From Desulfovibrio sp. (GTDB lineage: Bacteria; Desulfobacterota; Desulfovibrionia; Desulfovibrionales; Desulfovibrionaceae), in NCBI RefSeq assembly GCF_047607245.1, contig NZ_JASGDK010000070.1, positions 11,610-75,609 of the forward strand: a DNA stretch of 64,000 bases, in the 5' to 3' direction. A program made the translations under genes and the position numbers. Under the pieces are notes generated by a model. That model worked only from the letters and a program-made list of their open reading frames with translations. It did not search any database and had not been told where the DNA came from. Shown here one piece after another: positions 44,041-52,825 of the stretch; the first letter of the stretch is position 1, and every line of letters begins with the position of its first letter.

Positions 44041-45510
44041 ATGCATGCTGCTCAGCCAATCTGTATTTTATGGGATTCGTCCCACATCTGGGGCCTCATG
44101 GCCTGGCGCGCTGTTCGCGCGATGGGACTGCCCTGCCGCCTGGTTAAGGGAAAAGAGATAGCGCAAGGCGCTCTTTTAGGCAAGCCGCACCGTTCTCGCG
44201 CCTCCGCTGAGGGTCAACAAGTTGCGCCCGCTGACAAAAATCCGGAAGGCCGCGCCGCCCTGCTGCTGGTTCCCGGCGGCAATGCTCGCCTCAAGGCGGC
44301 TGGATTGGGTGAAGCAGGGAGGGACGCCGTACGGCAGTGGATGGAAGCTGGCGGCAATTATCTGGGCTTTTGCGGCGGGGCCGGGCTGGCCCTGAGCCAC
44401 GCCGCGCCGCAGGAAGGGCTGGGCATCTGCCCCTGGTCGCGGGCGGCCTATCCTGAAAGACTCCACCACCTCATTTCGGGCCATACGCGAGTGCGCCTGC
44501 TCAAGAGCGACGAATTTTCCTTTTGCCCGCAAGAGCGCGTGGAGAGCAGCACGGCAACCGCCCCCGCATCTGGCACGAAGTATGCGCCAGTGCCTGAAAA
44601 ATCCAGCGCATGTCCGAGCCAACGCCAGAACCAGCCGCAAACAGACGCACCCCACGCTCCCAGCCTGCCTGTCTGGTGGCCTGGACGCTTCGCCGCCGAA
44701 GAAAACCCGCATGTACGCGTTCTGGTGGCCTACGACGCGCCCGACGCCGATTTCTGGCTGGCGGACCTGCCCTTACAGAGCATACCGTCGCACATATTTG
44801 AGCAGTGGCAGAGCCTTTACGGCGTCAACCTTTCGGCAGATTTTCTCAAAGGCCAGCCCCTTGTAGTCAGCGGTGCATACGGCAAGGGACGCTATGTGCT
44901 GAGCTACTCCCATCTGGAAACACCGCACAGCCCTGACGCCAACCTGTGGCTGGCGCAACTGCTGCAACAGCTCACAGGGCTGGAGCCATCCCGCACCGAT
45001 GTACCGTTGTGGCAATTACGGCACCCCTGCCACGCGTGGCCGGAAGGCAGCCGCAGCGCTTCCCTGCTGGACGCCCTGCGCCATATGCGCGGGCTGTTGG
45101 ATCTGGCCGTTGAACACCACCTTTTTTTTGGCCGCACCCACTGGCTGTGGGGCTGGCGCACGGGCCTGCCGGGGGCTGCCTGCAACAATCTGCACGCGGC
45201 CCTGTGTACGGCTGCCAGCCTTGCGCCCTCGCCTGCGGCACTGGCCTACTGGCAAGAAGTGGAGCCACATTTCAGTAAGCTGGCCGACCTTTTTGCCGCC
45301 GGAGCCGAGGGGTATTTTCTGGCCTGCCGACTGGCCGAAACCCTGCATCCCACATTGCCGGACGCCGTGGACAAGCGCGGCCTGGACAATCAGCGGCAGG
45401 CGCTTTTCGGCCACCCGATGAGCGGCGGCGGCTTGATGGAAGAATTGCTGGATATTACGGAAGAACTGATTTTTCTGTCGCAGGATGCAACTCCGTGCGA
45501 CCTCCAGTGA
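44041..45510 (+). CDS. Protein with an N-terminal class I glutamine-amidotransferase-like (BPL_N-type) fold and a C-terminal ~300 aa of unknown function
   Basis: The pattern ICILWDSS...LLLVPGGNA...WMEAGGNYLGFCGGAGLA resembles the flavodoxin/GATase1-like N-domain seen in eukaryote-type biotin ligases. No catalytic Cys-His-Glu triad is recognisable by eye. Confidence 0.45.
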   Translation: MHAAQPICILWDSSHIWGLMAWRAVRAMGLPCRLVKGKEIAQGALLGKPHRSRASAEGQQVAPADKNPEGRAALLLVPGGNARLKAAGLGEAGRDAVRQWMEAGGNYLGFCGGAGLALSHAAPQEGLGICPWSRAAYPERLHHLISGHTRVRLLKSDEFSFCPQERVESSTATAPASGTKYAPVPEKSSACPSQRQNQPQTDAPHAPSLPVWWPGRFAAEENPHVRVLVAYDAPDADFWLADLPLQSIPSHIFEQWQSLYGVNLSADFLKGQPLVVSGAYGKGRYVLSYSHLETPHSPDANLWLAQLLQQLTGLEPSRTDVPLWQLRHPCHAWPEGSRSASLLDALRHMRGLLDLAVEHHLFFGRTHWLWGWRTGLPGAACNNLHAALCTAASLAPSPAALAYWQEVEPHFSKLADLFAAGAEGYFLACRLAETLHPTLPDAVDKRGLDNQRQALFGHPMSGGGLMEELLDITEELIFLSQDATPCDLQ

Positions 45511-45769
45511 GGAATTGGCCAAGATATACGCACACTCCATCTTCGAAACGATTCAGGCAAAAACTGCACGGCCTGACTGAAAATGCGTAAAAACTCTTGC
45601 AGCTAGCTCGCCCTGACAGCAGGACAACAGAAGCAATGCGCATTCCAGCGGCATCTGCAATCAGGCCCATTCAGCCCGAAGCCCTTTACTGTTGCTGGCG
45701 ATACACCGCAGGCGAAGCGACTGTAGTATAAGACAGGTCTGTAATCAGCCACAGAACACAAACCACGGC

Positions 45770-46468
45770 ATGACTATGTTCGCATTCGACTTGGGCCGCA
45801 TAGGCTATCTTGACTCCTTTGCCCTGCAAGAGCAGGTGCTGGCATGGGTACAGGCGGGCGGGGCTGACATCCTGCTTGTGCTGGAGCACCCGCCCACCGT
45901 TAGCGTGGGCAAGAACTCCGGTGCGGAAAATGTGCCGCCCCATCTTGAAACTCTGTACAAGGGCCATGTGGATGTGGTGCAGAGCACCAGAGGCGGCAAC
46001 GTGACCTGTCATTTTCCCGGCCAGCTGGTTGCCTACCCCGTCATCAACCTGAAAAAGCGTTCGGGCGGCATTCGCGCTTATGTACATGACCTTGAAGAGG
46101 CTGCCATACGCATGCTGGCCTTTTTTCAGGTAGAGGCAGCGCGGCGCGAGGGCTTTCCCGGCGTGTGGACAGACGGCAGAAAAATCGCCTCGCTGGGCAT
46201 TGCCGTAAAAAAATACGTCACCATGCACGGTCTGGCCCTCAACGTGGCCGAAGATCTTTCCCTCTTCAACTTTGTCACACCCTGCGGGCTGGATGGCGTT
46301 TCCGCCACGTCCATCGCCAGAGAATCCGCACAGGCCGCACCTCCAATGGATGCGGTAAAGCGGGTGTTTATTAAAGAATTTTACGCCGTTTTTCAGCCCG
46401 GTACCGACGGGGAACCGCCCGTCATGCAGCCCGGCGACAGCCTTATGACATTGCTTCACAGCGCATAA
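45770..46468 (+). CDS. lipB: Octanoyltransferase LipB
   Basis: LLVLEHPPTVSVGK, TRGGNVTCHFPGQLVAYP and GIAVKKYVTMHG. The start is 45770 or 45776. Confidence 0.9.
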   Translation: MTMFAFDLGRIGYLDSFALQEQVLAWVQAGGADILLVLEHPPTVSVGKNSGAENVPPHLETLYKGHVDVVQSTRGGNVTCHFPGQLVAYPVINLKKRSGGIRAYVHDLEEAAIRMLAFFQVEAARREGFPGVWTDGRKIASLGIAVKKYVTMHGLALNVAEDLSLFNFVTPCGLDGVSATSIARESAQAAPPMDAVKRVFIKEFYAVFQPGTDGEPPVMQPGDSLMTLLHSA

Positions 46469-46480
46469 AGGACGGAAAAA

Positions 46481-47368
46481 GTGAACTGCAAAACTTCCGC
46501 CACCGCCCCTTGCGGCACTGGCACGCAAAAGCCCCTGCGCATGCCCCCCTGGCTGCGCCGCCCCCTTGCCTCGGACAAACGTTTTTTCACCACCACAGGT
46601 CTGGTGGATGATCTGGGCCTTTTCACCGTGTGCAAGGCGGCCAACTGCCCCAACAGACAGGAATGCTATTCTTCGGGCACAGCCACCTTTCTGATTCTGG
46701 GCGAAACCTGTACGCGCAACTGCCGCTTCTGCAACATCCACCCCGGCCAGACCGCCGCGCCCAGCCCGGATGAACCGGAGCGCGTAGCCAAGGCGGCTCT
46801 TACTCTGGGCCTCAAGCATATTGTCATAACCTCTGTGACGCGGGATGATCTTGAAGACGGCGGCGCAGAGCACTTTGCCCACACCATTGCAGCCGTCAGA
46901 AACGCCTTGCCCAAAAGCAGCATAGAGGTGCTCATTCCCGATTTTCAGGGTAACGAATCTGCCCTGCGCACTGTTGTGGCCGCCGCGCCGGACATCATCA
47001 ATCACAATGTGGAAACCCATCCGGCTCTGTACAGCAGTGTGCGCCCTCAGGCCCGCTACGAGCAGAGCCTTGAACTGTTGCGCCGCGTACATGCGGCGGG
47101 CAGCATAGCCAAAAGCGGCCTAATGGTGGGATTGGGCGAAACAGACGATCAGGTGCGGCAGGTGGTGGATGACCTGCACGCTGCGGGCTGTTCCATCATC
47201 ACCATCGGGCAGTACCTGCCGCCCAGCAAGGAGCATCACCCGCTTGACCGCTATGTGACGCCAGAACAGTTTGAAGCTTACGCCACCTACGGAAAGTCCC
47301 TCGGCGTAAAGCATGTTTTTTCCGGCCCGCTGGTTCGCAGCAGCTATCAGGCAGGCAGCTTTATTTAG
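46481..47368 (+). CDS. lipA: Lipoyl synthase LipA (radical SAM)
   Basis: GTG start. N-terminal cluster CKAANCPNRQEC, radical-SAM CTRNCRFC and C-terminal RSSY. Confidence 0.9.
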   Translation: MNCKTSATAPCGTGTQKPLRMPPWLRRPLASDKRFFTTTGLVDDLGLFTVCKAANCPNRQECYSSGTATFLILGETCTRNCRFCNIHPGQTAAPSPDEPERVAKAALTLGLKHIVITSVTRDDLEDGGAEHFAHTIAAVRNALPKSSIEVLIPDFQGNESALRTVVAAAPDIINHNVETHPALYSSVRPQARYEQSLELLRRVHAAGSIAKSGLMVGLGETDDQVRQVVDDLHAAGCSIITIGQYLPPSKEHHPLDRYVTPEQFEAYATYGKSLGVKHVFSGPLVRSSYQAGSFI

Positions 47369-47450
47369 TTTGTGGAGAGGAAGCACTTTGTGGGCGAGGG
47401 ACCTTTTTGTAAAAGGGTCTCCTCCCCCACGCTCCACCCCCTAAGGAAAC

Positions 47451-47592
47451 GCTGATTCATTCCGTTTGGCTGCGTTGCTTCACTTTTTTTAAAACAGTCG
47501 AGGACGGAAGAGTCCACTCATGCTTCAAAAAAAAGATCGCGCCTTGCCAAACGAAATAACTGCGCGTTTTCAGGAGGCTCTTTAATCAGTGC
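47451..47592 (+). repeat. Copy B of the ~145-bp dispersed intergenic repeat (see 14877-15025)
   Basis: See copy A. Short terminal inverted repeats CTGATT...AATCAG. An internal inverted repeat TTCCGTTTGGC / GCCAAACGAAA flanks a central GGAC-ggaaga-GTCC hairpin. Confidence 0.8.
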
Positions 47593-47678
47593 TTCCCTAA
47601 AACTTTTATTTTGCGCCATGCCGGCGCTTGTGCCCTACGGGAATTGACATTTTGCGCCAAGGGAATAAGCTTTATGTA

Positions 47679-47725
47679 ACGGGGATGGAGTTCCCCTTGA
47701 ACCGCATTTGCTGATAACTCCTGCC
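47679..47725 (+). promoter_or_regulatory. Fluoride riboswitch aptamer (crcB RNA motif)
   Basis: ACGGGGAUGGAGUUCCCCUUGAACCGCAUUUGCUGAUAACUCCUGCC closely parallels known crcB-motif aptamers (GGCGAUGGAGUUCGCC-AUAAACGC...GCUAAUGACUCCUAC). It has the P1 helix, GGAGU/ACUCC pseudoknot strands, AACCGC and CUGAU elements. It lies upstream of crcB. Confidence 0.8.
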
Positions 47726-47754
47726 ACTGCTTCGGCGTTGTCAGGTATTTTTTT
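47720..47754 (+). terminator. Riboswitch expression-platform terminator
   Basis: CCTGCCACTGC-TTCG-GCGTTGTCAGG (two mismatches) followed by TATTTTTTT. Its 5' arm overlaps the aptamer 3' strand, as expected for fluoride-controlled antitermination. Confidence 0.6.
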
Positions 47755-47756
47755 GA

Positions 47757-47789
47757 GGTAACCACGCCAAGGGTGTGGTTACCTTTTTT
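47757..47789 (+). terminator. Second, tandem rho-independent terminator
   Basis: GGTAACCAC (47757-47765) / GTGGTTACC (47775-47783) followed by TTTTTT. Confidence 0.6.
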
Positions 47790-47964
47790 CATTGGGGAGT
47801 GCCATGCTACGAGCCGCAGCGTCACCTTCGGATTCGCCTGAAATATCCGGCGCATATTTTCAACATATTGTAATAATAAAGCCATCGCCAGTACTGTGCG
47901 CCAAGAGTACACATCAGGCGCAACCAGTTTGGATGCAAGGCAATACGGGCAGGAGCGCTTTACC

Positions 47965-48354
47965 ATGCTGAAATCAGTAATTGCCATAAGCGTGGGGGCG
48001 TCAGCAGGATCTGTTCTGCGCTGGGGGCTGGGGCTTATGCTCAACGCGCTATTTCCGCCTATCCCTATGGGAACGCTTGCGGCCAACCTTATCGGGGGAT
48101 ACTGCATCGGCCTGGCCATCAGTTTTTTCGATTTCTTTCCTGCCCTGCCTCCAGAGTGGCGGCTGCTGTGCATTACCGGATTTTTGGGCGGCCTGACAAC
48201 GTTTTCCACATTTTCCGCCGAAGTGACCGTGCTGTTGCAGCAACAGCGTCTTGTTATGGCAGTGGGCGCAATTGCGCTGCACGTCTTCGGCTCCCTGCTG
48301 ATGACGCTTTTAGGAATTGCCACTTTCGCCCTGATCAAAAACCTGCATGCATAG
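47965..48354 (+). CDS. crcB: Fluoride channel CrcB/Fluc
   Basis: ~129 aa with four TM helices and motifs [15 protein letters not shown] and [20 protein letters not shown] (47951-47955) before ATG 47965. Confidence 0.9.
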   Translation: MLKSVIAISVGASAGSVLRWGLGLMLNALFPPIPMGTLAANLIGGYCIGLAISFFDFFPALPPEWRLLCITGFLGGLTTFSTFSAEVTVLLQQQRLVMAVGAIALHVFGSLLMTLLGIATFALIKNLHA

Positions 48355-48364
48355 GAGGTTGCCC

Positions 48365-48682
48365 ATGCACGGCTATCAACTGACGTTCTTTACGCAGCAG
48401 ACCCGCCTTCACGGCTCTCTCACCATTGCGGAATGGCTGACTGCGGAAGCCAAAAGACTTGGCATCAGCGGTGTAACAGTGACAGCGGCGCAAAGCGGTT
48501 ACGGACGTGATGGCGAACTGCATTCCGCCCATTTTTTCGACATTGCAGCACAGCCCGTGGAAATCACGATGGCTGTCGCCACGGAAAAATCAGACCTGCT
48601 GTTTGCCAGAATCGCCGCAGAGCGCCTTAAAATTTTTTATGTTAAAACACTCATTGAGTTCGGCATCACCGGCGAAGAATAG
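48365..48682 (+). CDS. DUF190 (PII-like) protein commonly linked to crcB
   Basis: AGGAGG RBS 48353-48358. A ~105-aa protein with the pattern LHG.L...WL...AK..GISG.TV..A..G.G, typical of crcB-adjacent DUF190 genes. Confidence 0.75.
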   Translation: MHGYQLTFFTQQTRLHGSLTIAEWLTAEAKRLGISGVTVTAAQSGYGRDGELHSAHFFDIAAQPVEITMAVATEKSDLLFARIAAERLKIFYVKTLIEFGITGEE

Positions 48683-48709
48683 CGTAATTTGCGTTGAGGA
48701 AACTGAAAC

Positions 48710-49885
48710 ATGATAAACGGCATCTTTAACCTGCCGCGCAACATCTGGCTCATCGGTTTGATAAGCCTTTGCAATGACAGCGCAAGCGAGATGTTATACC
48801 CGGTCATTCCGCTCTACCTGTCTTCAGTACTGATGGCCGGGCCGCGTGTGCTTGGCATCATTGAAGGTATAGCGGAGGCCACGGCAAGCCTGCTGAAACT
48901 GTTCTCTGGCGTCATCATGGACCGTACCCGTTCAGCGAAGCCTTGGATCATCCTGGGCTACAGTCTTGCTGGCTTTGGCCGCCCCTTGATCGCCTTTGCG
49001 GGAAGTTGGGGCTGGCTTCTGCTCATCCGTTTTGCAGACAGGGTGGGCAAAGGCCTGCGGACTTCTCCACGGGATGCGCTTCTGGCTTCCTGTGCGGCCC
49101 CCGGTCAGCGCGGGCTGGCCTTTGGCCTGCACAGAGCAATGGATAATGCAGGAGCCGTTATCGGCCCGCTGCTGGCCTTTGCTCTGCTGTCGTGGGAGGT
49201 TCCGCTTGGGCATATTTTCTTGCTGGCCGTTGTTCCCGCTCTCATCTGTCTTGTTCTCTCGCTGAAAATACGGGAAGCCGCCCCGGCAACGCCCGCTGCA
49301 AAACACGTTGCTTTTGACTGGCGCTTGGGCAACATGCCGCCTGTATTCAAAAAATACCTTGTGGTTGTGGCCATTTTTACGCTCGGCAATTCCTCAAACA
49401 TGTTTCTGCTGCTTCGCGCCAGAGAAATTGGCATGCCGTCAGAGTATGTGCCGCTGCTGTGGGCGGCGGTATCTGCGGTTGCCATGATTTTTTCCGTCCC
49501 GCTGGCGGCATTGTCGGACAAGGTGGGGCGCATCACGGTATTGCTATGCGGCTACACGGCATACGGCATATTTTACTTTGGCATCAGTGCCATAGAAGAC
49601 AGCACCAACATGCTTTTTCTTCTGTTCGGTTTTTACGGCCTGTTTATGGGGGCCACCGAAGGCGTTGAAAAAGCCCTGGTGGTTGATCTGGTGGCAGAAG
49701 ACCGCCGGGGAACAGCCTTCGGCTGGTTTAATCTGACAGCTGGTCTGTTTCTTCTGCCAGCCTCTATAGTCTTCGGGTTCTTATATCAGGGCATATCGCC
49801 AACATGCGCATTTGTGTTTTCAGGCTGCTGTGCCATTGCGGCGGCCTTACTGCTTGCATTTTTTGTGGCGAACAGGCGAGCGTAA
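48710..49885 (+). CDS. MFS transporter, substrate unknown
   Basis: About 12 hydrophobic segments and an MFS loop motif (FADRVGKGLRTSPRDA). Confidence 0.8.
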   Translation: MINGIFNLPRNIWLIGLISLCNDSASEMLYPVIPLYLSSVLMAGPRVLGIIEGIAEATASLLKLFSGVIMDRTRSAKPWIILGYSLAGFGRPLIAFAGSWGWLLLIRFADRVGKGLRTSPRDALLASCAAPGQRGLAFGLHRAMDNAGAVIGPLLAFALLSWEVPLGHIFLLAVVPALICLVLSLKIREAAPATPAAKHVAFDWRLGNMPPVFKKYLVVVAIFTLGNSSNMFLLLRAREIGMPSEYVPLLWAAVSAVAMIFSVPLAALSDKVGRITVLLCGYTAYGIFYFGISAIEDSTNMLFLLFGFYGLFMGATEGVEKALVVDLVAEDRRGTAFGWFNLTAGLFLLPASIVFGFLYQGISPTCAFVFSGCCAIAAALLLAFFVANRRA

Positions 49886-50028
49886 GAATTTCAACGCCCT
49901 TCTGCCCAAGTGTTCCGCAACAGGCAATTATTCAATCCACACACAAAAATGCTGTTGAAAGCAGACATATTGAGAACAGGCATCGCAGATCAGCCCGACA
50001 TATAAAATGCAGATGACGGAATAAATCC

Positions 50029-50066
50029 GGATGCCCGGCACGGTCTTGCGTCCGTGCCGGGCATCC
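50029..50066. terminator. Hairpin between convergent genes (bidirectional terminator candidate)
   Basis: GGATGCCCGGCACGG (50029-50043) is the exact complement of 50052-50066, with an 8-nt loop. Confidence 0.5.
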
Positions 50067-50091
50067 TCAATTCTGACAAAAAAAGTGCTGC

Positions 50092-51282
50092 TTATTTTAC
50101 CGTTACTACAGTGGAAGCTGCCAGTGTTTCCTTTGTAAGCTCCTGCCCAAGACCGGGCAGTTCGGGCACCGAGTACATACCTTTTTCCGGCATATAGTTG
50201 TGTACGCAGGTACTGGTATTGGGTTCCAGCAGGGCATAACGGTGCAGTTCATGAATCATGAAGTTGGGAATGGCCGCTTCCATATGCAGAGCCGCCGCCG
50301 TTGAAATGGGGCCGCCGCAAACGTGGATCTGCACCGTCACATCGTAAATATGGGCCATGTCGCAGATTTTTTTCACTTCCGAAACACCGCCGCAGGTGCA
50401 AATATCCGGCTGAATGACGCTCAGCGAACCGTCTTCAAGAAAAGGCCTGTAGCCCCAGCGCCAGTAGATGCGCTCGCCAGCCGCCAGGGGAATACCCACA
50501 TTTTCGGAAATTTTCTTCATCTGCTTGGGGTTCAGGGGCATGGTCGGTTCTTCATAGTAAAGCACGCCCAGCTCTTCTATCATACGGCCAAACTGGATGG
50601 CCGGAGTGGTGGACGTGAAAGAGTGCATTTCAACTATGATGTCCACATCCGGCCCGATGGCCTTGCGCATGGCCGCCAGCCTGTCATACCCCCTGCGCAG
50701 GATGCGGTCAGGCAAAACCCCCTGAAGATCCTGCTGGTTCCATTTGCCTTCGCCATCCATAGCTATCACGTCGACCTTGATGGCGTCGTACCCTTCTTCC
50801 ACAGCGATCAGCGCGGCTTCGGCATATTGTTCCGGCTCAACTAGCATGGCCTTGTCCTTGCCGTCGCCCCAACCAAACTGGAGCTGGCTGGCATAGGTGC
50901 GTATCTTGTCGCGCGTTTTGCCGCCAAGAAGCTGATACAGGGGCACGTTGAGCGCTTTGCCCTTGATATCCCATAACGCGATGTCTATGCCGCTCATAGC
51001 TGCGGAAAAAATGCCGCCGCCGCCCTGCCCCCAGAACGTCTTGCGCAGCATTTTTTCCCATATGGCTTCACTGCGCATGGGGTCCATGCCCAGAAGAATG
51101 CCCGCCAGATCCTTGGCCACGCCAAAGCCCCCGGATGCCCCCACACCGTAAGCCAGACCAACTTCTCCATACCCGCTGATGCCTTCGTCAGTATTGATCC
51201 TTACAACCACCGGGCGCCACTTGCTGGTGGCGGACTGAAAATCATTGGCTACATCCACAATATCAATGCTTGTGATCTTCAT
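50092..51282 (-). CDS. Enolase-superfamily (mandelate racemase/muconate-lactonizing enzyme) acid-sugar dehydratase
   Basis: The N-terminal capping domain (GISGYGEVG...DIALWDIKGKALNVPLYQLLGG) and barrel-domain acidic ligands fit the family. AGGAG spacing favours ATG 51282 (MKITSI). Confidence 0.85.
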   Translation of the reverse strand: MKITSIDIVDVANDFQSATSKWRPVVVRINTDEGISGYGEVGLAYGVGASGGFGVAKDLAGILLGMDPMRSEAIWEKMLRKTFWGQGGGGIFSAAMSGIDIALWDIKGKALNVPLYQLLGGKTRDKIRTYASQLQFGWGDGKDKAMLVEPEQYAEAALIAVEEGYDAIKVDVIAMDGEGKWNQQDLQGVLPDRILRRGYDRLAAMRKAIGPDVDIIVEMHSFTSTTPAIQFGRMIEELGVLYYEEPTMPLNPKQMKKISENVGIPLAAGERIYWRWGYRPFLEDGSLSVIQPDICTCGGVSEVKKICDMAHIYDVTVQIHVCGGPISTAAALHMEAAIPNFMIHELHRYALLEPNTSTCVHNYMPEKGMYSVPELPGLGQELTKETLAASTVVTVK

Positions 51283-51303
51283 ATGCATCTCCTGTGAGCA
51301 TGC

Positions 51304-52596
51304 TTAATATTTTTGAAATGCAAGAATGCCTGCCGCCACGGTTGCCGCCGCACCTGTGAACACGAGGCAGAGCAACCCGCCGCCGTAATGGCCGGTGGTG
51401 GAAATGAAAAATCCGATCATGGCGGGGGCCAGCGAGGCAAGGCCATTGGCAAGGCCATTCATGATGCCCGAGGCCGTAGACATTGAAGATGAGGGAATTA
51501 TGCCTTGCAGCAGAGTCCAAGCCACTGGCGTGCCCATCGTGCAAAAAGATACGGCCAGAGCCAGCAACACGGCGGAGAAATACTTATGCTCTGTGGTGGC
51601 CCCCAGGTACACGCAAATACCCGCAAAAAACATAGCCGCCATAAGAATAGGTGCGCTTCTGCCCACCTTGTCTGCCAGAACGCCGCTGAATACTTTGAAT
51701 ATGATGGAAAGTACGAAAGGCAGCGAAGCCAGCCAGCCCATTTCCTGCCAGCTGAAGTTCCGAGCGGTCTTGAGATAGCTTGGCAACCAGGTGATAAGCC
51801 CCCAGTACATGCACTGAAGGCAAAGGTACCAGAAAACCAGCAGCCAGTAGCGGTAATTGCCCACAAAACCGCTGAGACGTACCTTGAGAGGGATAACTTC
51901 GCCCTTGGGGCCGGGCGTGTCCTGCCCCGCTTCAATAAAGGCAAGCTCGCCCTCATTGATGCTCTTGTGCTGGCGGGGTGTATCTGCGGTGTGCCGCCAC
52001 AACAGGTAGAGCGGAATCAGACCCAAAACCAAACAAACCCAAAAGTTTGAGCGCCAGCCGAACCCGGCTATCAGATAGGCAAAAAAAGGCATTGCGATAG
52101 CTGGCGCCACGGATTGTCCCACAACCCAGGCGGCATTGGCACGCCCTCTTTCCTGCTTGGGAAACCAGTTTTTCACGAACACGCTTTGCAGCGGATAGTA
52201 CACGCCTTCGCCAATACCGAGCAGCACCCGGCTGGCGATAATCATTGTAAATGTGGATGCAATGCCACCCATAAACAGCGACACGGTCCATAACCCGATG
52301 CAGAGTATCATGGACTTGCGCGGCCCAAGATAGTCGCCAAGCGGCGACAGCACCACGTTAGCGACTCCGTACGCTGCCAGAAAGACTGACATCATCATGC
52401 CAATCTGTACCGGAACGCCCTTGATGCCCATTTCAATCAAAAAGGGATCATTGGCGGCCAGCACCGAAACGTTGACTCTATCCAGATATGCGATAAATAT
52501 ACCAATGAACAGGCAAAAAACAATGACAAAACGTTTTTTTGTAGGTATTTCCTGCTGTGACGCGCTATTTAAACCAGGCATCACTTCTGTGCTCAT
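51304..52596 (-). CDS. MFS transporter of the anion:cation symporter type (hexuronate/aldonate-like)
   Basis: IFIAYLDRVNVSVLA... and GDYLGPRK motifs are typical of ExuT/DgoT-like ACS-family permeases. It lies directly upstream of the dehydratase. Confidence 0.75.
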   Translation of the reverse strand: MSTEVMPGLNSASQQEIPTKKRFVIVFCLFIGIFIAYLDRVNVSVLAANDPFLIEMGIKGVPVQIGMMMSVFLAAYGVANVVLSPLGDYLGPRKSMILCIGLWTVSLFMGGIASTFTMIIASRVLLGIGEGVYYPLQSVFVKNWFPKQERGRANAAWVVGQSVAPAIAMPFFAYLIAGFGWRSNFWVCLVLGLIPLYLLWRHTADTPRQHKSINEGELAFIEAGQDTPGPKGEVIPLKVRLSGFVGNYRYWLLVFWYLCLQCMYWGLITWLPSYLKTARNFSWQEMGWLASLPFVLSIIFKVFSGVLADKVGRSAPILMAAMFFAGICVYLGATTEHKYFSAVLLALAVSFCTMGTPVAWTLLQGIIPSSSMSTASGIMNGLANGLASLAPAMIGFFISTTGHYGGGLLCLVFTGAAATVAAGILAFQKY

Positions 52597-52656
52597 GGTT
52601 TTTCTCCCTATACAGAAATTTGTTACTTGCTGATGCGCATCAATTATCTCCTGAAT

Positions 52657-52801
52657 GAAGAATAATTCTTCCTATTACATAGACATTGTGAAGCATGCCG
52701 GCTGAAACTTCTTTGAATATGTCTTAATACGTACTCTACGGCTGATGCTGATACTGGTAAAATTGTTTTTACTTCTCGATTAATAAGTTTAAGTTATTAA
52801 T
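52657..52801. promoter_or_regulatory. Divergent control region with two AT-rich perfect palindromes (candidate LysR-type operator sites)
   Basis: GAAGAATAATTCTTC (52657-52671) and ATTAATAA-N7-TTATTAAT (52779-52801) lie between the MFS (-) and LysR (+) starts. Confidence 0.35.
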
Positions 52802-52825
52802 CAGCAAAAAATAAGAGGAAAATCA

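Noticed and set aside
47804-47971. 55-aa ORF between the riboswitch terminators and crcB, with a GGGGAG upstream and a stop overlapping the crcB ATG.
   Set aside because: It is rich in rare codons for this genome (ATA, CTA, CGA, AGG, TTA). It lies in an AT-rich stretch, and its sequence is not hydrophobic or otherwise protein-like. It is probably non-coding leader.
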